The position numbers and the translations under genes are program-made. The notes beneath the pieces are model-generated. The model did not search any database. It was not told where the DNA came from and saw nothing but the letters and a program-made list of their open reading frames with translations. From Candidatus Iainarchaeum sp. (GTDB lineage Archaea; Iainarchaeota; Iainarchaeia; Iainarchaeales; JAFCCJ01), in NCBI GenBank assembly GCA_043816965.1, contig JBDRHK010000054.1:1-22269 (forward strand): 22,269 nt of DNA, given 5' to 3'. Shown here piece after piece: positions 14,955 to 22,269 of the stretch; the first letter of the stretch is position 1, and the number at the start of each line of letters is the position of its first letter.

Positions 14955-15287
14955 ATGTGGGCAGATGCGATAATTGTGATTGCCTTTACGGCGATTTATT
15001 TCCTCAGCTCATTTAAGGGCCATAAGGAGAAGGAATATATCCTCCCGGCAATGTTTTTGGTTCTTGCATTGTTTTCCCTTGAGGAGCCCTATGTTTTTTT
15101 GTATGTCCTTGCGGCAGCTTTCGTGTTTTTAGGCCAAAGGGGAATGGGCAAGGGAAATGGCGGGAAAGAACCTGTTGAGGAAACAGAAGAGAATGAGGCT
15201 GGGGAAGAGGAAGAAATGGAAGAGGGAGCCGGTGAAGGGCACGGCGGCGGGCATGAGGAATCTGCACACGGCGCTGGCCACCACTGA
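14955..15287 (+). CDS. Small membrane protein with Glu/Gly/His-rich tail
   Basis: Three short hydrophobic segments, then EETEENEAGEEEE...GHGGGHEESAHGAGHH. Confidence 0.7.
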   Translation: MWADAIIVIAFTAIYFLSSFKGHKEKEYILPAMFLVLALFSLEEPYVFLYVLAAAFVFLGQRGMGKGNGGKEPVEETEENEAGEEEEMEEGAGEGHGGGHEESAHGAGHH

Positions 15288-15448
15288 TAATGAATCCTGA
15301 TTCTAAAAAGCGATTAAAAATAAGGGATGGTGCTGCCAGCATTTCCGCTTCAGAGAAGCCTACTTTACTAGCCCCCCACCATCATATGTATTCTTGGAGG
15401 AAAGATTTATTAATCTGAATGGGTGAAATCAATATTGGCTAATTATTA

Positions 15449-16615
15449 GTGCCTTTTTCTGATTTGGGGATTTTTGTGCCAGAGGACAGATTAAACGGAG
15501 CCAAGAGCCTAATCCTAAAGATAGCCATAGGTGGCGCAATACTGGTTTTCCTTTACCTCTACGGCAGCCTTATTTGGGACCTACTATGGAACGGCTTTTT
15601 CACAAATGAGGGCTCTTTCCAGTCCTTTGTCCCGGTTCTCCTGAGCGTGCTTTTTTTCATCGTGGGCACGGAAATATTCCTAATACTAACCAGATATGTA
15701 ATCTCGAAATACCTTGAGAACAGGGGGAAAAAGAAGGAGATAAAGATTATACTGACCCTCTACACCTACCTTGTCTGGGGGGTTGTCGGGCTTTTCCTTA
15801 TCTCAACAATCTTCAAGGACATCGGTGCATTGCTCACTTCAATCGGCCTTATCGGTTTCGGAATCACTTTCGCCCTGCAGAAGCCGATACTGAATTTTGT
15901 GGGCTGGCTCACCATAGTGATAACAAAGCCATTTAACATCGGCGACAGGATAGAGGTTCAGGAGATAAGGGGGGATGTGCTTGGCATCCACACAATGTAC
16001 ACCACAATTCAGGGGACAAGGCTCAATTCCCATGAGAGGTCGGAGAAGATAATAACCCTCCCAAATGAGCTGATTCTGACAAATGCGATAATCAATTACT
16101 CAAAAAAGGGCGAAATCTATGCTGATGAGGTGATAGTTTCAATCACCTATGGGAGCAACTGGAGAAAGGCCTCAGAAATGCTTGCAAAGGTCACGAAGAG
16201 CGTAATTTCCAAATACTTTGCTGAGGGGGTGGGTAATGCCCAGTCCGACAAGAAATCATGGCAGGAGGCGATAGGCCTGCTCCAGGCGGCCTCAAAGAAA
16301 TTGCGCAGGGGTGTGTTTAAGGAATCGGTGAAGGAGAAAATAGACCTTATGAAATCCGCCGACAGCGTTGCCGAGGCGGAAATCCCTGAGCCGCAGATTC
16401 AAATGTCGCTGGCCGACTCATCCATAAACCTGAGCTCCCTCTATCATACCGACCTCCATTCAGTCAGGGTGACAAAGCATGAGATAACTAAGGCCTTCTA
16501 CGAGGAGGTTGAGAGGTCAAAGGACATCGAGATTGCATACCCGCACATGCAGCTTGTTTACGGGGACAATCTTCGGAGGGCCAATCCCAATGACATCCGC
16601 CAGAAAAAATTGTAG
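15449..16615 (+). CDS. mscS: Small-conductance mechanosensitive channel family protein
   Basis: GLIGFGITFALQKPILNFVG...KPFNIGDRIEV...GDV...TLPN...IINYS...IEIAYP. Confidence 0.92.
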   Translation: MPFSDLGIFVPEDRLNGAKSLILKIAIGGAILVFLYLYGSLIWDLLWNGFFTNEGSFQSFVPVLLSVLFFIVGTEIFLILTRYVISKYLENRGKKKEIKIILTLYTYLVWGVVGLFLISTIFKDIGALLTSIGLIGFGITFALQKPILNFVGWLTIVITKPFNIGDRIEVQEIRGDVLGIHTMYTTIQGTRLNSHERSEKIITLPNELILTNAIINYSKKGEIYADEVIVSITYGSNWRKASEMLAKVTKSVISKYFAEGVGNAQSDKKSWQEAIGLLQAASKKLRRGVFKESVKEKIDLMKSADSVAEAEIPEPQIQMSLADSSINLSSLYHTDLHSVRVTKHEITKAFYEEVERSKDIEIAYPHMQLVYGDNLRRANPNDIRQKKL

Positions 16616-16620
16616 CCTGC

Positions 16621-17346
16621 CTACTGCGTGATTTTCGCCAGCAGGAATTGGTCCTGGTTTTTGAAAATTTTGGGGAGTTCGCCAACCAAACCAATTTTCC
16701 CTGATTTGATTATAAGCGCCCCCTGCACATCCTTTGCCTGTTTTATCCAGTTGAGCGCAGAAGCAATATCTTCCTCCCCCTTCACCCTGTTTGCAAGCGC
16801 GGTGGCAAAAGCATCTGCAACAGCGCCGCTTTCCGCAAAAACTGTTGCCAAGTCGCACTTGCCTAAACTCGTGCTGTGCCCAAACTTCCCGCTGCTGGAA
16901 CAGAAAGCGATTTCCGTTCCTTTTTCCAGCTCAAATGCAAGTTTGTTGCTGATTTTATTTTCCCCGGCAAAAATACCGGCCCTGAAATTCCTGTCAACAA
17001 TTGCAAAGCAGTCCCCGCCATTTTCAACAACCGCAATTTTCGCCCCATTTTCCATCATTGCCCTTACAGCAGATTCAGCAATTGCCCCGGCAACAGCGGC
17101 CATTGGCCCAACTCCTGCGAGACAAGCGGCAGAAGCCATTTTCTTAACAATTTCCGGGGCACTTCCACCAACACTTAAAGGCCCAAATGAAGAATTGAAT
17201 TCAGGATTCCCGGAAATATAATTCTCAATCTCCTTCCTGCGCTGAAAAATATCCTCCTTTGCAGCATCAATCGCTTCCCCAGAATCAGAAATTATTTTTA
17301 CAATTGTTTCCTTGATTGTAAATTCTTCCCTGAGCAAATTTTCCAT
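16621..17346 (-). CDS. UPF0280 / ApbE-like protein (COG2122)
   Basis: AGVGPMAAVAGAIAE, VVENGGD, CSSSGKFGHSTSLGKCD, ADAFATALAN. Confidence 0.9.
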   Translation of the reverse strand: MENLLREEFTIKETIVKIISDSGEAIDAAKEDIFQRRKEIENYISGNPEFNSSFGPLSVGGSAPEIVKKMASAACLAGVGPMAAVAGAIAESAVRAMMENGAKIAVVENGGDCFAIVDRNFRAGIFAGENKISNKLAFELEKGTEIAFCSSSGKFGHSTSLGKCDLATVFAESGAVADAFATALANRVKGEEDIASALNWIKQAKDVQGALIIKSGKIGLVGELPKIFKNQDQFLLAKITQ

Positions 17347-17754
17347 CTAAAAATTCACCCTAATTGCTTTAACAGGGCAGGCATCAACACAAAGTTCACA
17401 GGCCATGCACTTATCCTTTTCAAATTTAACTTCCCAAATCTCCCTGTCAACTGAAATTGCATCATGCGGGCAGACGCTTACACAGGCCCCGCAATCAGTG
17501 CATGTTTCCCTGTTCCTTTCAATTCTCTTTTCCAAGGGAATAATTTCAACCCTTTCCTTCACCAAATAGTCCAGGCCCTTCTTTATTTTCTCATCACTCC
17601 CTTCAAGTTCTACCCACAACTCACCAGTTTCCTCAGGAGTGACCCTTGCCTTGAAAATATTAACAACCAAATCATAATCCTTGATCAGATGATAGGCATA
17701 TGGTTTTGAAACACCATTTTGCGGGAATTTCAGCAGCAGCTTTTTCTTGGCCAT
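17347..17754 (-). CDS. NIL domain + 2[4Fe-4S] ferredoxin, partner of aspartate semialdehyde sulfurtransferase (MA1822-like)
   Basis: N-terminal NIL domain (YHLIKDYDLVVNIFKARV); CTDCGACVSVCP and CMACELCVDACP. Confidence 0.9.
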   Translation of the reverse strand: MAKKKLLLKFPQNGVSKPYAYHLIKDYDLVVNIFKARVTPEETGELWVELEGSDEKIKKGLDYLVKERVEIIPLEKRIERNRETCTDCGACVSVCPHDAISVDREIWEVKFEKDKCMACELCVDACPVKAIRVNF

Positions 17755-18945
17755 TTATTTGCCCTCCCTCATTTTAAGGGATTTGAATTTGGTGTCAAGT
17801 GGCAGATTTTGTATCGGCTCCTGCAGCAAAAATTCCCCCTTTGAAACCTGCTTCTTCAGCTCTGCCGCAATCTCCCTTGCCTTCCTATAGCTGCTCAGGG
17901 AACCTGTTGGAAGTTCCTTACCATTTACCTGAATCTTCCCTGATTTCAGTTCCTCATAGCTTACCATCCCGAGTGCGTTGTTTATCGCATTTGGATAATC
18001 ATGGCTGTAATCAACAACAGGGGCAAGTATGTCCGAATCCTTTACAGAAACAAATTTCAGTATCTCCTCATCCAAAATCGGAATTGGAATTCCCAACCCA
18101 ACAGCCAAACTCACACCATAGCCAGTCATGCTTACCCCGCGGATGAAATCAGTGCTCATCTGTTTCATGTCCCCCACAACCGCAAGCGTTCCTGCACCCC
18201 CCATTGGAACCCCATTTTTGTTCCTTGCAACTGTCGGGCAATGCTGTGTTCCCTGCCAGTAAACATATCCCTGCGCCCCGCCAAGGAAAACTCTTGTCCC
18301 AATCCCTATTGTTTTGTAAAAAGGGTCATTGAGCAGCGGGCTTAACTGCCCTGCTGAGCAGTAGTTTGCGTTCCCCAATTTAGGGAGCAATTTTCCCATG
18401 TAAGTGTAAATGGTTTTCTCAGACTGGTTTACAGCAACATTGTAATTCTGGTAACCATTCCTCGGATTTACAAGAACAGCCTCGTTCAAATCTCCAATAT
18501 TAATCCAGCTTTCCAGTTCCTTTCGCGGATAGCAGTCAGTCCCATAAGAGGTAGCTTTCAGAAGAACATCCTTTCCTGCAATAAGATCCTCAATTACATG
18601 CCCTCCCCCATAATTGAACTCGCCAGGGTATTTATTGTTTGCAGGGTCATTCTGCTGCAATTCAGCGGCACCTAAATACAAATCAACAGCGGCAATTCCC
18701 GCATATGCATTGACCTCATTCAGCCATGCCTTCTGCATTTTCATCTTTGGGTTGCTGTGCCCGGTATTCAACATCGCTCCGCTGCTGCACATCGGCCCAA
18801 AAGTGGCGGTTGTTACAACATCAACCTCTTTTGCGGTTTTCTCCAGCCCATCCTTCTCAACCGCGTCAATTATCTCCTCAGCGGTGAGAACCACGGCCTC
18901 CCCTTTCCGAATCCGCCCATTAATCTCTTCATATGTCTTAGGCAT
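17755..18945 (-). CDS. L-aspartate semialdehyde sulfurtransferase / homocysteine biosynthesis protein (DUF39, MA1821/MJ0100-like), no CBS domains
   Basis: KTYEEIN..IRKGEAVVLTAEE...VDVVTTATFGPMCSSGA...YGGGHVIEDL...GTDCYPR...GQLSPLLNDP...IGIGTRVFLGG. Confidence 0.92.
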   Translation of the reverse strand: MPKTYEEINGRIRKGEAVVLTAEEIIDAVEKDGLEKTAKEVDVVTTATFGPMCSSGAMLNTGHSNPKMKMQKAWLNEVNAYAGIAAVDLYLGAAELQQNDPANNKYPGEFNYGGGHVIEDLIAGKDVLLKATSYGTDCYPRKELESWINIGDLNEAVLVNPRNGYQNYNVAVNQSEKTIYTYMGKLLPKLGNANYCSAGQLSPLLNDPFYKTIGIGTRVFLGGAQGYVYWQGTQHCPTVARNKNGVPMGGAGTLAVVGDMKQMSTDFIRGVSMTGYGVSLAVGLGIPIPILDEEILKFVSVKDSDILAPVVDYSHDYPNAINNALGMVSYEELKSGKIQVNGKELPTGSLSSYRKAREIAAELKKQVSKGEFLLQEPIQNLPLDTKFKSLKMREGK

Positions 18946-19020
18946 TAGATAATAAGGTCCGTGCTAATTAATAATAGTTTTTGATTAAATTATTCTTATT
19001 AGAATTAAACGCCCTTAATG

Positions 19021-20214
19021 CTATTCATACCTTAATGCCTCAACAGGGTCAAGCTTTGCAGCCCTTCTTGCAGGGTAGATTCCAGAGAGCATTCCCACAA
19101 GCATTGAGAATGCCAGTACGCCTAAAGCGATTTCTATCGGAAGAATCGCCTGCAGGTTGAAATTGGCCCCTTGCGCAAGTGCGGATATTATAAGTGCGGC
19201 AACGTAACCAATAACCAGGCCAATCAATCCCCCAACCAAACCTATAAAACCGGATTCAATGAGGAAAAGACCCATTATCGTATTCTCGGTAGCGCCAATA
19301 GCCTTCATAATCCCGATTTCCTTTGTCCTTTCAAGTGCCGCAGTTACCATTGCATTCATTATGCCCACCCCGCCGACAACAAGTGAAATTCCCGCAACAC
19401 CCAATAGGAAAAGTGAAAGAACCCCAAAAATAGCATTGAAAGCCTCCAGCAAATCCCCAGCCGTGCTGACCAAAAAATTATTCTCACCAAACTTCCTTTC
19501 CAGATATTTGTCAATCTTTTCGGCGGCCAAATCGGCATCCTCAGGAGCATAGGTTCTTGCAAAAACAATCCCCGGCGAATCGTCATCGCTGATTATTTTG
19601 TACGCCTTCTCAGTAATTAAAACCGAATTATTGAAGTTGGGCCCGCCGCCAACACTTGTGGAGGTTTCTTCAAGAATCCCGACAATCCTGAATTTCCTTC
19701 CCTCAATTTCAATGGAGGATTTTGCCGAAAGAGGCCTGTCAAAAGCATTTTCCGCAAAATCATATCCCAAAAGCGCGGCAAAGACCTCATTATCCCCGAT
19801 ATCCCTGCCCTCCCCAATTTGGGCGGCGCTTTGAATCTCCCCTGACTTTTCAGGGTCTGCACCTAAAACAGTCCCGGTAATTTTCTGCGTCCCTTTTTCA
19901 ATCCTTGCCCTTGTTGTGAAGAAAGGTATTGCAACCCTGACCTCAGGAAATGATTCAATCCTTCTCAGGTCCACATCCCTGAGCTTCAGGTTTTCTGTTG
20001 TGCTCCCTGACTGGCTGGCAAGGGGGATGATAAAAATTGTATCAGTGCCCAGAGATTCAAACTCTGCTTCAACCGAGGCATTCAGCCCCTGGCTTATTGA
20101 AAGCAGGGCAACAATTGCGGCTATTCCGATGATTACCCCGAGAAGAGTAAGATAGCTTCGCAATCCCTGGTAGCGGAGGTTGCGGAGCGCAACCCAGAAT
20201 ATTTCAAAATCCAC
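19021..20214 (-). CDS. MacB/FtsX-type ABC transporter permease
   Basis: RSYLTLLGVIIGIAAIV...ISLVVGGVGIMNAM...ERTKEIGIMKAIGA...YPARRAAKLDPVEALRYE. GTG start at 20214 preferred because it avoids a long overlap with the upstream gene. Confidence 0.92.
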   Translation of the reverse strand: MDFEIFWVALRNLRYQGLRSYLTLLGVIIGIAAIVALLSISQGLNASVEAEFESLGTDTIFIIPLASQSGSTTENLKLRDVDLRRIESFPEVRVAIPFFTTRARIEKGTQKITGTVLGADPEKSGEIQSAAQIGEGRDIGDNEVFAALLGYDFAENAFDRPLSAKSSIEIEGRKFRIVGILEETSTSVGGGPNFNNSVLITEKAYKIISDDDSPGIVFARTYAPEDADLAAEKIDKYLERKFGENNFLVSTAGDLLEAFNAIFGVLSLFLLGVAGISLVVGGVGIMNAMVTAALERTKEIGIMKAIGATENTIMGLFLIESGFIGLVGGLIGLVIGYVAALIISALAQGANFNLQAILPIEIALGVLAFSMLVGMLSGIYPARRAAKLDPVEALRYE

Positions 20215-20224
20215 AATCAAACCC

Positions 20225-21436
20225 CTATTTTTTCTTCCTTTTCTTCCAGTAGAGGAAGTAGAATGCCGCCACAACTGCCACAATGATTACACCAACCGGC
20301 AAAAGCCCTGTTGCCAAACCAACAAGCCCTGTGGCGCCCGGTGTTTCAATCCTTCTCGGGGCCTCAATAGGCAGGCATTTTTCAATTTGCTTGGTTTCAT
20401 TGTTCTGGTCCTTATAGATCATCCTCACCGTTACCGAGCAGTTGTAGTCGAAATCCAAATCAAAGCTGAAATCAGTCCTGAAGGAATCGAAATCATCCCC
20501 CTCCAGGGTCCCTATGAAAATCTTCTTGTCAGTTATCTGCGCCTTATCGCTTTCCAGCTCAATAACCAGGAAATTTGCCGCGCCTGTCCCTGTGTTGAAG
20601 ATATCAAAGGTAATTTCTGAAATTCCCCCCGGAATCGGATCTGGCTTTATTGAACTTATCACAACATCCAAATCAGGCTTGTCCTCAACCTTTATCCCGA
20701 TAAAGGATTCAGTCGAAAATTCCTGTGTTGCGGCATCGTTTGCATAGTATATTTTCAAAGGCACAGCATAGGTAACAAGGTCTGCGTCGTTTGAAATGCT
20801 TAAAGTAAAGGAGGTAATTGTCTGCTCGTCAGCAGCCATTTCCGGAATGTATCTTGTGGAGGAACCAAGTGGAAGTATTTTGCTTTCAATAACCTGCCCT
20901 GTTGCGGTTACTGTGCTGCCGTCCTCAATCTTCACCGTAATGTCAGATGCCTTTCCCTTGCCGACATTCCTCAATGTGAGCATAATTTCCAATTCCTCCC
21001 CTGGAAAGCCCTTTTTCACTGAGCTCCCGATAAGCTCAACCTTTGGCTCCCTTTCCTTGACATCTATGAAGTATTCAATTTCCTTGTCCAATCCGCCATC
21101 ATCCCCTGTGCTGAGCTTTACATCATAACTCCCGCCAGGGGCATCAGCTTCAACAAAAATCTCATATTTTACAAGAGCTGTCTGGTGCGCCTTTATGGAG
21201 TCAATATTTTGCTCCGCACTTTCACCCTTAAGGGAGAAGGGATATTCCATCTCCAAATTGAAAACAACATCCTTCGCATCATTTGAGGAATCGTTCAGTA
21301 TGTGAACCCAAAATTCAACGAATTTTCCCGGAATCGCGGGCGTGGGTTCATAATTCACCGCGCTAATCTCCAGGTTCACTGCCGCAGCGCTAACCACAAA
21401 CAGCGCAATTGTTATCAAAGCCAATATTTTTTTCAT
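20225..21436 (-). CDS. COG1361 S-layer-domain protein
   Basis: Signal peptide MKKILALIT after RBS AAGGAGG; YEPTPAIPG and repeated Ig-like units with N.G.G.A; C-terminal TM plus KKRKKK; usual position in an ABC exporter operon. Confidence 0.85.
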   Translation of the reverse strand: MKKILALITIALFVVSAAAVNLEISAVNYEPTPAIPGKFVEFWVHILNDSSNDAKDVVFNLEMEYPFSLKGESAEQNIDSIKAHQTALVKYEIFVEADAPGGSYDVKLSTGDDGGLDKEIEYFIDVKEREPKVELIGSSVKKGFPGEELEIMLTLRNVGKGKASDITVKIEDGSTVTATGQVIESKILPLGSSTRYIPEMAADEQTITSFTLSISNDADLVTYAVPLKIYYANDAATQEFSTESFIGIKVEDKPDLDVVISSIKPDPIPGGISEITFDIFNTGTGAANFLVIELESDKAQITDKKIFIGTLEGDDFDSFRTDFSFDLDFDYNCSVTVRMIYKDQNNETKQIEKCLPIEAPRRIETPGATGLVGLATGLLPVGVIIVAVVAAFYFLYWKKRKKK

Positions 21437-21449
21437 TCCAAAACCTCCT

Positions 21450-22202
21450 TTAGTAGCAAACCTTTGCCGAATCTGCAAGTTTGCCGTCCTTTAAGCATAT
21501 CATTTCCTGCGCCATTGCGGCGACATTTTTCTCGTGTGTGACCATTATTATGGTCTTGCCATCTTTTTCATTCAAATCCTTTATAATTTTCAAAATCTGC
21601 ATCCCTGATTCTGAATCCAAATTCCCGGTTGGTTCATCCGCCACTATTATTTCAGGGTCAACTGCCAATGCCCTTGCAATCGCAACCCTCTGCCTCTGCC
21701 CGCCTGAGAGCTGGCCAGGCCTTGAACTTTCCCTTCCCTTAAGGCCTACGTCCGAGAGCAGTTTCATTCCTGTCTCAATCCTTTCTGCCTTTGGGATGCC
21801 ATTGAACCACAAGGGAAGCATGACATTCTCCAGCGCCGAAAGTTTCGGAATCAAATTAAATGTCTGGAAAACAAACCCGATTTTCTTTCCCCTCAGCCTC
21901 GCCAGTTCATTATTGCCCATTTTGCTGATTGCCTTGCCGTCAATGTAAACCTCGCCTTTTGTGGGTTTCATCATCGCGCTCAGGCAGTCCAAAAAGGTGG
22001 TTTTGCCTGAACCCGACGGGCCCATAACTGAATAGAATTTGCCCCTCTCAATCTCAACAGAAACCCCGTTCAGGGCCCTGACCTCAACCTCACCCAACTG
22101 GTAAATTTTGTAAAGGTCCTTAACCCTGATTATGGCGTCCTTTTTGGCCTTTTTTGTGGCCTTCTTTCCGCCATTATTTACGGCATTCCCTTTCCTAGGC
22201 AA
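21450..22202 (-). CDS. LolD/MacB-type ABC transporter ATP-binding protein
   Basis: Walker A GPSGSGKT, signature [15 protein letters not shown], Walker [16 protein letters not shown]. Confidence 0.95.
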   Translation of the reverse strand: MPRKGNAVNNGGKKATKKAKKDAIIRVKDLYKIYQLGEVEVRALNGVSVEIERGKFYSVMGPSGSGKTTFLDCLSAMMKPTKGEVYIDGKAISKMGNNELARLRGKKIGFVFQTFNLIPKLSALENVMLPLWFNGIPKAERIETGMKLLSDVGLKGRESSRPGQLSGGQRQRVAIARALAVDPEIIVADEPTGNLDSESGMQILKIIKDLNEKDGKTIIMVTHEKNVAAMAQEMICLKDGKLADSAKVCY

Positions 22203-22269
22203 ATCATATCCCCAATATTCATTTGTCCCCAGGAAGTAATTAAAACTTAAGTTTTTGCGAAAAACAAAG

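Noticed and set aside
15322..15365. Fluoride riboswitch
   Set aside because: Has GATGG...CCGC...CCTAC but lacks the GCTRATGAC segment and the correct pairing; no crcB gene adjacent.
16488..21948. Numerous overlapping alternative-frame and opposite-strand ORFs in the track
   Set aside because: They overlap well-supported conserved genes and show no motifs of their own.

Overview
Archaeal window, most likely a DPANN-type genome (inferred from TATA/BRE promoters just upstream of starts, apparently leaderless genes, and COG1361, UPF0280 and RHH families). Three zones. (1) 1-4737: accessory lipoproteins, a TrmB-like regulator, a HEPN protein and small ORFs. (2) About 4756-14468: an integron-like array of 11 gene cassettes, each bounded by a directly oriented ~34-bp site (consensus CCTCATCTTTCRRNYARGATGGGCGGACTGAGGC; 12 copies of the 14-bp core plus one decayed site) that is not an attC. 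Six cassettes are toxin-antitoxin pairs (MNT-HEPN x2, DUF4258/YgiT-AbrB x2, HicBA, RHH-MazF) and one encodes a Fic protein. Two cassettes occur twice as diverged alleles whose homology stops at the sites. The core GATGGGCGGA-CTGA reads as guide + box D of a box C/D-like sRNA at the head of the array (4756-4832). By the D+5 rule the guide points at 16S rRNA C1402. No recombinase is visible in the window, so the mechanism is inferred, not shown. (3) 14468-22269: chromosomal genes (MscS, an aspartate-semialdehyde-to-homocysteine operon, an ABC exporter/COG1361 operon). All product calls come from reading motifs, without database searches.
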